From the NCBI GenBank assembly GCA_963835065.1, contig CAWIEK010000059.1:1-51077 (forward strand): a DNA stretch of 51,077 nt, read 5' to 3'. This document shows positions 1 through 11,800 of this stretch, one piece after another. Position numbers and translations under genes: made by a program. The notes below the pieces were generated by a model. The model made no database searches. It was not told the DNA's origin and worked only from the letters and a program-made list of their open reading frames with translations. Positions within the stretch are counted from its first letter, which is position 1; every line of letters starts with the position of its first letter. Source of the DNA: an uncultured Chthonomonadaceae bacterium (GTDB taxonomy: Bacteria; Armatimonadota; Chthonomonadetes; Chthonomonadales; Chthonomonadaceae).

Positions 1-1
1 A

Positions 2-409
2 GAGAAGCGAACACGCTGCGGACAAGCCATGTTCTGCTGCTATGATGTGCTGATACGGCGCGAACCGTTTCGTACCCGTCAGCCGAACCTTGCCTTTATG
101 AGCAATCCACGCGCCGAAGAGTATTGGCGCGACCACGAAACGGAACCCGTTCAGCCCGCGCCGGAACGGGTTGTAGAAATTTTGCGGCGCGGCGAGTTTG
201 TGGAAGCGATTTCCGACAAATTAGATGACTACCGGAGCGTAGACGTGCAGGAGTGTTGGGTGGTAAGATTGGATGAGCAAGCCGTTGAAGTTCTGAAACT
301 GACGCCGACAATGGTTACGTCAGTCGCAATGTACCATGCGGGGCAGAATGTGCAGTCCATAGTATTTCCTGATTTGATTGTTCCCGTTGATAGCATTTTT
401 GCGGAGTGA
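2..409 (+). CDS. Uma2 family (DUF820) endonuclease-like protein, probably 5'-truncated by the window edge
   Basis: Frame is open from base 2. Motifs RTRQPNLAF, VVEIL, DKLDDY..VDVQECWVV and C-terminal SIVFPDL match the Uma2 pattern. Confidence 0.8.
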   Translation, partial: EKRTRCGQAMFCCYDVLIRREPFRTRQPNLAFMSNPRAEEYWRDHETEPVQPAPERVVEILRRGEFVEAISDKLDDYRSVDVQECWVVRLDEQAVEVLKLTPTMVTSVAMYHAGQNVQSIVFPDLIVPVDSIFAE

Positions 410-415
410 TTAAAA

Positions 416-2711
416 CTATAGCGTGGGCAGGCGGTAGCAGTAGGCGGTGTAGCGGAACTCCGTCCATGCCGGTTCGGGCAGGGCGCTGCCGGGAAAGAGA
501 GGGCGCGCGATGGGCGTAAACCGTACCTGAACGCGGATTTGCGCGCGTCCCTGCGTGAGCGCGCGGGGCAGCAGAAACTCATCGTCGCGGAAGCGGCGGT
601 TGGAGGTTTGCGCGATATGCTGCGTCACGCCGAGTTCGTCGCGCGGGTTGGAATACACGCACGTATTGGAACCGGCCAGATACCATACCCCCGCCTTCTT
701 CCATTGCCGTTTAGAACCGGAGGCCGATTGCGAACGGCGCGGTTTCTCCCGCGAACATAACGCGCCGCCTTGCCTTATCGCCGCCGCGCCCGCGTTATGT
801 GGCATATCGGCAACATAGATTTCCGCGCGCTGATTGGGATAAGCGTAATCCAATTTGCGGCGCAGCAGAACCCCTGAATTCTTCGGATCAAGCCGCAGGG
901 TAAATTCCGACACGCCTTTCATGGTTCGCCCAACGTCGGTTTGCGCCGGGTAAACCTCCTGCCCGCGCAGGGTATCCACGCCCCATTCGTAGCGCGACGT
1001 AAGCGTATAAGGCATAGAGGCAGTGGGAGAAACGTAATCATGGGCGCGTTCGCTTTCCACATTGCCGACGCGCAGTTCGTCCGTTTGCGCCAGCGAGGGA
1101 TGATTGACGCCGTACCAGTACGTCACGGTTTCGTAGTGTTCCGTTGACTCGTTCGCGCCGCCGTGTTCCAGCCGTATTAAAGCGTTTTTGCCGAACGGCA
1201 TTAAATCGGCCAGCAGAAAACGGTACGCCGATTCGATTTTGTCTTCCTCGTTCTTCGCGGCTTTCGGGTCGGGCGCTCCCGTTGGATGGCCGGCAAGCGG
1301 CAGGGTCATGTTCTGCCCGCCCCAGTAATCGCCGCCCCCGCCCCATTCCTCCGTTCCTGTGCCCTGCGCCTGCGGCGTCTGGCTGTCATCGAAAAAGAAG
1401 CGCGGATCGCCCTCCAGCGTACCTAAATTGGCGTTGTGCGAAAAAATGAACGATGTGCCCACCAGTTGCCCCGACCAATCGCCGCCGCCTTCCGTTTGCT
1501 TTGTGTCCAGCAGAATTAAATCCTGTCCGGGTTCCGGGTGGGGATGATCGCGGTACGTGGCGTGGAAATAAACCCACTTCATCCGGGCGGGCGCGGAGTT
1601 GCTCGTAGCGAACGCTCCACGTCACATTATGCGCGTCCGCATCCTCCGCGCCCACCAATTCAATATGCGCGGCATGGAAGAACGGCATAGGGAAGTAGCA
1701 GGCGCAATGGACCTGCGTGGCATCGTAACGAACGACAGCAGGCAGGCTCTTGACCAGATACTCGCGGTTATCCCGATTGTAGAATGTGCCCGCGCCGAAG
1801 AACAGCGCAACCGGCGCGTCTATGGACGGCATTTTCGCTTTTTTGCCGTCATCGTCCCACGTAACGCGCAGGCGGGCGCGTCCCAATGCAAGCGCCTGTT
1901 CACGGGGCGCGGACAACTCCAAAGCGCGTATCATGCCGGGCGCGTGAACGATTCGGGCCAGCGTGACCGCGCCGTTGCGGGGAATTTTCACATTCCCGCT
2001 GACCACGCGCAATTGCCGCTTTTTGGCGTCGGGCGTACCGGGTTGGGGCGCAATATCGGTTCCGGCGCGGTTAAGCAAGTTCAGAACATCGCGGTCAGGG
2101 ACGGCATTGAGGTTCCAGGCGGAAATCGGGCGCGATAATTTTGCGCCGGGCAGATATTGGTGGTAAATGTAGTAGCCCGTGCCGTAGTGCGTCCGCGAGT
2201 ACGCCATCTGAAAACTGCGCGTAAACCCGATGGGAACCCACGACAGGTCGGCTCCCCGCGTATCCGCCCACGTCCTGGCAAGGGGATTGGGAAACGCGGA
2301 TGCGGGCAGAAAAACGGAGTTGGGAACGGGATGCAGGGGATCGGCGGTGCTGGTTTCCTGTACGAGATTGTCGGCTCCATCCACCACGTAATGCCAGGGG
2401 CTGCCGTGCCAGTGGTTCGTTCGGACGAAATACAGTATGCCCGCGCCCTCGACATCCAGGCTGACGTTGAAATCATCCGCCGTCTGGTACAGAAAGTGGC
2501 TGGCGTCCGCGCCCTCGTTGCCGCCCGCGCGGTCATACGTGCTGCGCATATACGCCCGCGCCCCGATACGCTGGTACGGCCACCGCTCCCACTGCCGGTA
2601 CGCATCCAATCCAACCGGAATAACAGGCGGTTCCTGCGCTACGCCAACAGAGACAATCCGCAATAGCAGCAACACCGCATACAGCGTTTGGAGGCACACT
2701 TTAGATGACAT
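416..2711 (-). CDS. Secreted DUF2961 / GH172-like glycoside hydrolase, split by a 1-nt frameshift near 1572
   Basis: ORF 1386..2711 has a signal peptide plus SIDAPVALFFG and YFPMPF. ORF 416..1582 has YFHATY, LEGDPRFFFD, GTGTEEWGGGG and YRFLLADLMPF. Removing one T in GGTTTAT joins them as DEVGYFHATY. Confidence 0.75.
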
Positions 2712-2857
2712 ACGCAGTTCATTCTACCCGTGAGCAATAAAACAAAACATCCAGGAAATGGTTGTTTATTGTAGACATTCGGATGCGTCGCGTCAAGGGC
2801 TTTCCAGATTAGATTTTACCTGCCAGTACTTACGTCTCTATTATGGCACAAGCGTGT

Positions 2858-3265
2858 TCAACGCACCACATCCAGCATGGAACCGTCTGCCAGGGGATAG
2901 ATGTAGAAGTCGCTGTCAATAGTGAACACACGGCGCAAGTTTCTGCTTTCCGCAACGGCAACAAGCGATGCATCGGCGAAATCTATCGGTACATTCTGAT
3001 AGAGTTTCATCAGCGCGTCCATGCGGTCTGTTTCTTCGGAAGTGATGTCCAGCAGAACCAATCTGTTTTCGCGGCGCATTTTCCAGAGGCGTTCCTGATA
3101 GCGATAGCCTCCTGTCTCGTAAAGAAAATACATCGTTTCCGTGAAACAAGCCCAGGTGGTCAGAAGAGGCGCTCTCGGAAGACCACGCGCCACTTTCAAA
3201 CAGGCGGCATGATGTTTATCCCCTTCATCCAGCAGAGCAATAAGTGGCCCGGTATCCGTCAACAC
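2858..3265 (-). CDS. vapC: PIN-domain (VapC-like) toxin
   Basis: MLTDTGPLIAL...FTE...DFADASLVAVAE...VFTIDSDF is the PIN acidic signature. Confidence 0.9.
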   Translation of the reverse strand: MLTDTGPLIALLDEGDKHHAACLKVARGLPRAPLLTTWACFTETMYFLYETGGYRYQERLWKMRRENRLVLLDITSEETDRMDALMKLYQNVPIDFADASLVAVAESRNLRRVFTIDSDFYIYPLADGSMLDVVR

Positions 3266-3555
3266 TACAGTTTATCTTCCTGATGCTTCTTCCTCAGCAT
3301 CGCGCCGAAGTCGCGCCCGGTGTATTCCGACATATTCGCTCCACCCGGAACCATTTCGCGGCTGTCAATGCAGCCTATAAAGTCTTTGAGAAAGTCTGCC
3401 ATCGTTTCCCCTTCCGAAGTGTTCTCAACAGGCGCAGCCGGAAGAAAATAGGCGTTAAGTTTGTTCAGCGCCAGCATTTCCAGGGTCGTTCCCTGACGGT
3501 GAGCCTGCTCGTTCATAACGTGTTCAAGTTCGGGGGGAAGGGTAATTGTCGCCAT
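3265..3555 (-). CDS. Putative antitoxin (VapB-like)
   Basis: Small acidic ORF (MATITLPPELE...) whose stop overlaps the PIN toxin start by 1 nt. ATG 3555 follows AGGAG. Confidence 0.7.
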   Translation of the reverse strand: MATITLPPELEHVMNEQAHRQGTTLEMLALNKLNAYFLPAAPVENTSEGETMADFLKDFIGCIDSREMVPGGANMSEYTGRDFGAMLRKKHQEDKL

Positions 3556-3820
3556 CACATTGCTCCTGAGAAGGAAATCGCGCAAACGGTTGCGCTCTTT
3601 TTCATTATACACCCGAACCGACAGCGAAAACAAACCTAATTTAAACAGGTCATTACAGCGGGTTCGGCGAAGTCATGGCGTAGGTTCCTCATCGGCGCAC
3701 AACAAAATCACAGGAATAGCCTGTTCCTTTGCATTGGAACACGAACCGCATATTTTCGCAATAAAACCCGCAGCCAAATACAGATAGACTGCCACCCGCT
3801 CGCCAGCCGGAAAAGGCAGC

Positions 3821-3973
3821 ATGGGCGCGAACAGCGTCTACGAGGAAATTCCTGTCGGCGAGGATCACATTTTCCGCAGCCGCGTCCTGCCGGGGTTGTG
3901 GCTGGATGTAAGATGGCTGTGGCAGCGTCCTCTCCCCACAACCCGCGACCTGCTGCGCGCGTGGGGCTTATAG
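3821..3973 (+). pseudogene. C-terminal remnant of a Uma2-family protein (50 aa)
   Basis: Manual translation MGANSVYEEIPVGEDHIFRSRVLPGLWLDVRWLWQRPLP...* resembles Uma2 C-termini (SRVLPGLWLD). The N-terminal part is absent. Confidence 0.6.
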
Positions 3974-4040
3974 AGGAGCTGCGAAACCATTGATACGGCC
4001 TGGTTAGCACAAGGCGGGAGTGGCGCAGAGGAGGGTGAGA

Positions 4041-4514
4041 ATGGAGCGTCCCGATCAACCGCGTTTTGATCATTTCAGTCGTCACTTTGAGGAGATAGAC
4101 GAGCGCTTAGAAGATTTCGGGCGTCAGTTTGGCTGGGAACTGATCAAAAATCCGCTCCGCAAACCGGAACGCGATTTATGTAAAGCCGGTGAAGCGCGTA
4201 TCCTGTTCGGCATTTATCTGGAAGGCAACTGGCTGACACTTGATCCACGCGCTCCCTTTCTGCATACGGCTGGAATGACGGCCATTTACGATCCTGTGCC
4301 GGATATGCGCTTCCTCAAACGCAGCCGCTTCGCGGAACACGAGACATTTGATCACATAAAAGCCAATCTTGATGCGTTTCTACATCGCGCAGTAGAGTTT
4401 GCCTTGAAGTGTACGCTTCCGACCCAAATGGAAGATGGCTGCTACACCGTTCCAGAAGGATGGTGCGTTATATCGCCGGAAGCGCTTGCGAAAAGAGCGC
4501 AAGAGAAGCGTTAA
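4041..4514 (+). CDS. Hypothetical protein
   Basis: ORF with GAGGAGGG RBS before ATG 4041. No recognisable motif. Confidence 0.55.
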   Translation: MERPDQPRFDHFSRHFEEIDERLEDFGRQFGWELIKNPLRKPERDLCKAGEARILFGIYLEGNWLTLDPRAPFLHTAGMTAIYDPVPDMRFLKRSRFAEHETFDHIKANLDAFLHRAVEFALKCTLPTQMEDGCYTVPEGWCVISPEALAKRAQEKR

Positions 4515-4995
4515 AGACTTCGCAAATTTATAAGTTCCCGAACCAGAGGGAAGCCTACCTTTGCCAACAAAAAGTGGGGAAGCGTTGGAAACGGGCAGGC
4601 AGAAAAAGGATATGTAGAGGCATCGTCGAAATCTTGGCAATACAGCGCTTCCAGCCCGATGTCTCGTTGTGTCAGGTTGTAGGAGGGAGGCATCGTGACC
4701 TCGAAAGCGTCAGGGCGGGCGGGAGGGGTGAAACATAGGCTTTGCACCTCCCTTCCTGTGTGGGAGTTAAACATTTTAGCAGTAGACTTATTCTACTGTT
4801 TAGACGACTGGATCAGGCAAAGGGTTCGCTTTTTTTGCGTTGTTTGGCTTCTTTTTTCTGTCTTTTTTGTGGGATGGTTGCTGTTGGCACTGTGTGGGAA
4901 CGGGGAGAAGGCGCTTTCTGGAGGCTGGAAATCTATTCCTCCCGGTGGGCGCAGGAGGCCGCATCATGGTAAAATCTCAGTCGGGAGCCAAAAGA

Positions 4996-5173
4996 ATGCC
5001 CGGTTTAGATCGTTATCACATCCACGTTTGCAATGCGTTGGTCAAAGATGGCTGGATAATTACAAATGACCCATTGGCGTTGGAACTTGACGAGCGTAAA
5101 ACGGATCAAGCGGGTGTTTACGTTTGCGTCAGACACGGAGGCGATTGTTCAATGGATACCCTGGAAAAAATAA
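4996..5173 (+). pseudogene. xisH: XisH-family protein, internally deleted and frameshifted
   Basis: XisH-like N-terminus MPGLDRYHIHVCNALVKDGWIITNDPL is followed in another frame by the XisH-like C-terminus FASDTEAIVQWIP. It sits directly upstream of xisI. Confidence 0.65.
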
Positions 5174-5516
5174 GAGCCAGGCGTCTGCTGTCGAAAATCT
5201 ACGCGGCGCGATTTCCAGAGTGTTTCGCTCGTGGGAGGAGTTTCCAGGCGCGATTTCCAAGTTTTCCATCACCGGCATAATGGACGTAGCGCAGGACAGA
5301 TATACTCTGACCCACGTAGACTTTGAAAACGGACGCTACAAATCGCATCTGCTGGCGCATCTGGAAATACGCGACGGCAAAATCTGGATACTGACCGACA
5401 ACACGGAAGACGGCATTGCTGCCGAATTAGTGGAATCAGGCATAGCAAAGGCGTCTATTGTTCTCGGTTATTATCCGCCGAGCCTACGCGAAATGGGAGA
5501 GTTTGCCGTCGCCTAA
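5152..5516 (+). CDS. xisI: XisI-family protein (frameshift in the A-run at ~5165-5170)
   Basis: HLEIRDGKIWILTDNTEDGIAAELVESGIAKASIVLGYYPP is the XisI signature. ATG 5152 (MDTLE) joins this frame if one A is removed. Confidence 0.8.
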
Positions 5517-5643
5517 AACAACTCTCGAATCAACAGTAACGTTTATCGCGGGCGGTTTGCGGCTTGCGTGACGTTGCTCCTGCGGGACGCGTCGAAAAAC
5601 CATTGTTGCTGCTGCCGTTGCTGCTGTTCGTTGGCTTCTTGTC

Positions 5644-5847
5644 GTGTTAGCCTATCCCACCGTAATCGGCATGAAAACACCCGAACTGCTCAAAAACTTC
5701 GCCTCGGACAGTCTGCCCACGCTGTATGTGATTGACAGACAGGGCACGATTTGCCTGACCGAGCGGGGTTTCGATACAGGAAGCAAGTTATCCAACGCGG
5801 AGGAACTGCTTCAAACCCTCTTAAATGAGCAACGCTTCTGGATATAA
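5644..5847 (+). pseudogene. C-terminal fragment of a TlpA/thioredoxin-fold protein
   Basis: LPTLYVIDRQGTI is the cis-Pro motif of TlpA-like proteins. The CxxC-containing N-terminal part is missing. Confidence 0.45.
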
Positions 5848-6207
5848 CTTTTGTCAAGATGCTACATGGGACCACTGCAGCTACATCGCGAAAATCTGCA
5901 CTAAGCGCAACGCCTCGAAATTGGCTGACATTCTAAAACCACGTTCGGGAGAGCGGCGGGGGCGGGCGGTAGCTTCTGCATCTGCTCAATGAGCGACACG
6001 TATACATATCTCGCTAGCGCGTAGAGGAAAAATAAAACTAAATAGACCGCCCGGAACTTTACCGGTGATAATTACGTTATAGAAACGACGGGAGCCGCAG
6101 TGCTGCCCCTTCCTGTTCTGTCATTCTTTGCGCGGGTACAGCCCGCTCTTTCTCTCTTTCTCTCGCGCTTTATGCGCCTTTCCTGATTTCAGAGAGGAAC
6201 TGCCATC

Positions 6208-8181
6208 ATGTTCCGCCGTATCTTGCCATTCCTAGCCACTCTTGTGTTGCTGACGCTTCACGTCACGGCTTATGCACAAGCAATACAACGGGTTGTGTTG
6301 ACTTACACGGGTAACAATTTCACCATTGTTACTGGAAGTGGGCCTCTAACTAAAAGTAACCATGTAACTGTGTCTCTGACCTATGACGTTACGGAGAATA
6401 GTATTACTCCATTCACACCGCTAAAAGCATGGTCAATAAGCGATGGAGTGCATACGGTAAGTAACGATGGTTCATTGGACATTCAATTATATGCAGATGT
6501 ATCACAGAATAGTGTGAAAATTATTTATTGGGATATTTCAGTGTATCCCAACAACTTACAAAGCCAGCTTCATATCAATACTAATGGTATTCCCGGTGTA
6601 GCCCCTGGCATGGATGAGTCTGATTTTAATTATCCAAACGGTGGGAATACGGCTGTTGCATACGGGGCAGGCACATGGTCAGCAACAGTTGGCTCTACTC
6701 CACCTCCCATAACAATCACCACCACCAGTTTGCCTGACGCTATTAGCGGGCAACCCTACAGTACAACATTGGCGGCTACGGGTGGACAAGGGACAATCAA
6801 ATGGTCACTTGCCTCTGGCAGCACTTTGCCTACTGGCTTTAGCCTAAGTAGCAGTGGCGTGTTGAGCAGCACAGGAAATCCGGCAGCAACGCCAAGCACG
6901 TACACTTTTACTGTAGTTGCAACAGATGGAACCACCACAAAGACACAGCCGTTGAGTTTGACTGTCTTGCCAAACCTCACAGTACGGATTGACGCTGCTC
7001 AGATGTCTAACTCGCACACGCTTGAAGTAGATGTCACAGCGACTTTTAGTAATACTACGTCTACGGCGAAATCTATTGCGATAAGTTTGGACTTGAACGG
7101 CAAACACCTGGACAAGACAATAGATAGCAGCCTGCTGTCTACGTTCTCGGTTGCTGGAACTATAGTCCACCCTTTTTTCATCGACCTGGCAAAAGATGGA
7201 GTGCCGCGTTTCAAGAGCAACCAGGAATTTAGCGTAACCGCTACAGCAAACGAGGCTGGCGCAGTGAAAACAGTGAATGAGTACGCCGCTATTCTGCTTC
7301 CTGTGGTTCTCGTACCGGGCATAGACCCGTTTCAATCTAAACCCCAGGGTGGAGACGGAACCTTCCCTCTGATGGAAAGTTATCTGATGCAGCATTCCCA
7401 AGCGCAACTAGATGCCTTTGACATTTTGGGCGATGGCTATAGTAACGTTTTCCCCTACCGAACTCTGTACACACTATCTTACGACAGAAATAACGCAAGT
7501 CTTGCGCAGGGAAGACAAGCATTGTCTGATTTGTGGGACAGCATTAAGACCTTCACGTATGCCGACTCCGTGAGTTTGGTAGCTCACAGCAAGGGGGGAT
7601 TGGTAGCCCGGCTGTTTGTCGTCTCGCAGCCTTTGGCGGTAAACCGCCTCTTCATGTGTACTACGCCTAATCTTGGTTCAGTATGGGCGAAACTTGACAC
7701 ATTCTCATCCGCCAACTGGAGTGACCTATATCCTACCTACAAGTGGACTCGCAGGAACATACTTAGCCCCTACCTTACGGGACCTAATGATGAGCTTAAC
7801 TATCTCAACAAACAGGTATTGCCGCCATATACTCTCTACACCATTCTATATAGCAAAATACTGCCTACGCCGACTACGTATACACAAACGGATATTTTTC
7901 TGTATCCTCCCAGCTTCTTGCCCAGCATACCAGCCAAAATTCTCAAACCAATAATATCCTTTGTACTCCGTCTTAATTGGACCGACGGTGACGGAATTGT
8001 GCCTGTGTTCAGCCAATTAGGAAACAATTACGATCCCGACAAGCCGCTTACAACGCGCATACCAGCCTTTGTAGGTGTCCCGCTTGACGCCCAAGAAATT
8101 GACCATACTCACTCCGAATACTTTGAAAACGAAGATGTCCAATATGCCATCTTAAGCAGGCTGTTATCGGATCTGAAATGA
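6208..8181 (+). CDS. Secreted protein with a putative Ig (He_PIG-like) domain and a C-terminal alpha/beta-hydrolase (lipase-like) domain
   Basis: Signal peptide ending AYAQA. Ig-like segment ITTTSLPDAISGQPYSTTLAATGG. Hydrolase motifs PVVLVPG, VAHSKGG, TPNLGS, DGIVP and a C-terminal His. Confidence 0.75.
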   Translation: MFRRILPFLATLVLLTLHVTAYAQAIQRVVLTYTGNNFTIVTGSGPLTKSNHVTVSLTYDVTENSITPFTPLKAWSISDGVHTVSNDGSLDIQLYADVSQNSVKIIYWDISVYPNNLQSQLHINTNGIPGVAPGMDESDFNYPNGGNTAVAYGAGTWSATVGSTPPPITITTTSLPDAISGQPYSTTLAATGGQGTIKWSLASGSTLPTGFSLSSSGVLSSTGNPAATPSTYTFTVVATDGTTTKTQPLSLTVLPNLTVRIDAAQMSNSHTLEVDVTATFSNTTSTAKSIAISLDLNGKHLDKTIDSSLLSTFSVAGTIVHPFFIDLAKDGVPRFKSNQEFSVTATANEAGAVKTVNEYAAILLPVVLVPGIDPFQSKPQGGDGTFPLMESYLMQHSQAQLDAFDILGDGYSNVFPYRTLYTLSYDRNNASLAQGRQALSDLWDSIKTFTYADSVSLVAHSKGGLVARLFVVSQPLAVNRLFMCTTPNLGSVWAKLDTFSSANWSDLYPTYKWTRRNILSPYLTGPNDELNYLNKQVLPPYTLYTILYSKILPTPTTYTQTDIFLYPPSFLPSIPAKILKPIISFVLRLNWTDGDGIVPVFSQLGNNYDPDKPLTTRIPAFVGVPLDAQEIDHTHSEYFENEDVQYAILSRLLSDLK

Positions 8182-8268
8182 TCTTGTGCTTGCAACTGGA
8201 CTTCGAAGGTCTACTTTGCTAAATTGCAACGCCTCGCCTGCTGGCTTGAGCGTAAGAGACACGACTAA

Positions 8269-8850
8269 ATGAGAATTTTTACTACGGCTCTTGCTGTATG
8301 TATCTGGCTCTGCTCCGGTTTGTGTACACCGGTTTACGCGCAGGTTCTGGATTTATACTTGTTTACAGCAACCCCCACAAACATCTATGGGCCTGCCGGC
8401 TCAACAATAGGGTGGGGTTACTCCATAACGAATGAGAGTCCAACATATTGGCTGCTCGGTTACGATGTGCATTCGAGCAATCCGTTCCTGTACGGCACAG
8501 CTACTTCTTTCCCATTCGATTACCCAGTACTGTCACCAGGAGCATCTATGACCGTACTTTATGACGGAACCGACGGACTAGCTGATCTGACCTGGGACAC
8601 CGATGCCCCTATAGGATTTACAAATTCCGGGGACTTCGAGCTTACATCGTACTTTTACGACGATGATCCTTTCCTCGGTGGTAATCAGGTAAGTGGGCCT
8701 GTGACGCAAAACTCGCCCTATTCGGCCACCGTAACCGCACCCACAGCCGTACCCGAACCTTCTTCAAAAACCCTTTTTGCAATTTTAATCACCGGCGCAT
8801 GTGCGTTGTTTTTCGGAGTGTGGAGACGGTCACTTCGTCCACAAACATAG
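8269..8850 (+). CDS. PEP-CTERM sorting domain protein
   Basis: Signal peptide, then C-terminal VPEPSS, a hydrophobic helix and an RR basic tail. Confidence 0.85.
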   Translation: MRIFTTALAVCIWLCSGLCTPVYAQVLDLYLFTATPTNIYGPAGSTIGWGYSITNESPTYWLLGYDVHSSNPFLYGTATSFPFDYPVLSPGASMTVLYDGTDGLADLTWDTDAPIGFTNSGDFELTSYFYDDDPFLGGNQVSGPVTQNSPYSATVTAPTAVPEPSSKTLFAILITGACALFFGVWRRSLRPQT

Positions 8851-8890
8851 TTATAGGTTGTCAAGTAGGCTCCTGATTAAAAGGCAATGA

Positions 8891-11800
8891 TTAACTTGAT
8901 GTCGTCGGCATCTTGCGAGATACTTTTCCTGTCGAACGCGGCGAAGAACCGTTGCCGTTGCTTCCATTCCCACTATTGCCGTTCTTGGGCTTCTTGCCGT
9001 GTTCGAGGGCTTTTGCCAGTACGGTGAGCATGTCTTCCACTTGCTGCATCACCTTTGGGCCGGTGAGGGGAACCACAACCCCGTCCGGCGTGAAGCGGTA
9101 GTTCTTGAAGGCGACGGTGAGTATCTTCACGGCATCCACGCTCAGGCGCACGTTCGGGGCAAAGCGCATCTGCACGTCCGTTTGCTCCGTCTTGATGCTC
9201 ATAATGCCCATGTTTTTACACCGTAAACGGAGGCGCAGGATTGCCAGCGCGTCCCACACCGGACGCGGCGGGTCGCCGAAACGGTCTTCGAGTTCCGCCT
9301 GCAAGTTCTCGATGTCGGCAACGCGCCGAACGCCGCTCATGCGCTTGTAAAAGTAGATGCGCTCCGCCTCGCCCGGTATGTAGTCGTTGGGGATGTGGGC
9401 GGTCACGGGCAGGTCTACGGAGGGCAGAATGTCCTCGGTCACTTCCTCGCCCTTGAGTTCCTGCACCGCCTGCGACAACAGTTGCGTGTACAGGTCGAAG
9501 CCCACGCTCATCATCGCCCCCGACTGCTGCGCCCCCAACAGATTGCCCGCGCCCCGGATTTCCAGGTCGCGCATCGCCACCTTGTAGCCGCTTCCCAAAG
9601 AGGAAAACTCTTTGATCGCCGCCAATCGCCGTTCGCTGATTTCCGACAATTGCTTGTTGCGCCGGTACAGGAAATACCCATACGCCTGCCGGCTGCTGCG
9701 CCCCACGCGCCCGCGCAACTGGTACAACTGCGACAGCCCCATGTGGTCGGCGTTGTCAATGATGATCGTGTTGGCGTTGGACACGTCCAAACCGTTTTCG
9801 ATGATCGTGGTACACAGCAGCACGTCCGCCTCGTGGTGGTAAAAGTCGTACATCACCCGTTCCAGATCATCCTCCGACATTTGCCCGTGCCCGATTTGTA
9901 CGCGCAGTTCGGGAATGAGTTTTTTCAGGTGTTCGGCAACATGCGTAATGCTTTCGATCTTGTTGTGAACGAAGAAAACCTGCCCGTCGCGCTCCAATTC
10001 GCGCAGAATGGCGTCCCGGATCATATCATCGTCGTACTCGCGCACATAGGTTAATACGGGGATACGGCCTTCGGGCGGGTCTTCGATCACGCTCATATCG
10101 CGCAGGCCCGACAGCGCCATGCTCATCGTGCGCGGGATGGGCGTAGCGGAAAGCGTGAGAACATCCACCTGCGTTCGCATTTGTTTTAAGCGTTCCTTGT
10201 GACCGACGCCGAAACGCTGCTCCTCGTCCACGATAATCATGCCCAAATCTTTGAAGACAACATCTTTGCTCAACAGCCGGTGCGTCCCGATGACTATATC
10301 AACCGTGCCGTCCTTTAAGCCTTGCAGCGTTTTCTGCTGCTCCTGCCGCGACCGGAACCGCGACAGCAAATCCACCTTGATAGGATACGCGGCCAGACGC
10401 TCCGTAAACGTCTGATGGTGCTGCGCGGCCAGAACCGTTGTCGGGCATAAAACCGCCACCTGCTTGCCCGCCGTAATCACTTTGAACGCGCCCCGCAAGG
10501 CCACTTCGGTTTTGCCAAAGCCCACGTCGCCGCAAATCAGCCGATCCATCGGCTTGTCTTCTTCCAGGTCGTGCTTTACGTCGTTGATGGCGCGGAGTTG
10601 GTCGGGCGTCTCGTTGTAGGGGAACGCTTCCTCCATTTCCACCTGCCAGTTGGTGTCCGGGCCGAACGACATGCGCTGCGCAGCCGAACGCGCGGCATAC
10701 AACTGTATCAGTTCGCCCGCCATTTCCCGCGCCTGATCCCGAACGCGCTTGGTCGTGCGCTGCCATTCGCTTCCGCCGATTTTATTCACCTGCGGCGGCG
10801 CGTTTTCGGCTCCCACATAGCGCTGCAAGCGGTCAATCTGGTCGGCGGGCACGAACAGGCGATCCCCGCCCTGATACTCGACAATCAGGTAGTCGCGCAC
10901 CCCGCCGCCCTCCACTTTGCGCTTGATCAGCCCGCGATACAGGCCGATGCCATGATGGATATGCACCACATGGTCATGGTCGCGCAAATCCAAGACGGAC
11001 GAAATCGCCACGCCGCCCGCCACCCGCCGCCGCGTGACAACCGGACGCGCCGCGCCGAACAATTCCGCGTCCGTCAGCACGTACAGGCGTATATCGGCGA
11101 TCTTAAAGCCCGCCCGCAGCCGCCCCTCCATCACGAACAAGCCCGCGCCCGCCCCGACTTTCTGCTCTTTCGGGCGAACCGGCAAATCCATCTCGGCGCA
11201 GATTTCCCGGACGCGCTGCGGCTGATCTGTGACGAGCAGAACGCGGCAGTCGTTGGCAAGCCATGTCCCGACTTCATCGGCAAGGGTAGGAAAGCGCCCC
11301 CGGTACGAGTCAATGGGCGCGCTGTTGACCGACACGCGCTGCCCGATTTTCACGCCCTCGACATTGCGCCCAAGCAGGGATAAAATCAGGGTCGGATGCT
11401 GCATCAGGTGCGCGAATGTGCCCTCATACGGACACGTATTCAATTCCAAATCCAGCGCTTCGCCCCGATCCCAGCGCCGTTCGCGGCTGCTTAGTATGTC
11501 GCCGCTCAACCGCTCCCAGTGATCCTTGACCTGGTTGGGTTCATCCAGAATCACCACGCTGTCGGGAGAAAGGTAGTTGCAGGCGCACGTTCCCTGCGGA
11601 ACCAGATAGGGGAAATACTGCTCCAGGCCGTCGAAGTACGCGCCCTGCTGCAAGGCCGACACGTCCTTTTCAACCCGCTCGGTCAGCCGCTCAATGGCTT
11701 CCCGCGCTTCCCGCGTCCCTTCCTTGATGAACGCCGCCCGCCGCGCTGCAAACAGGGCGTGGATTTCCGCAAGCGCGGGCGCAATCCGTTCTTTGTCCAG

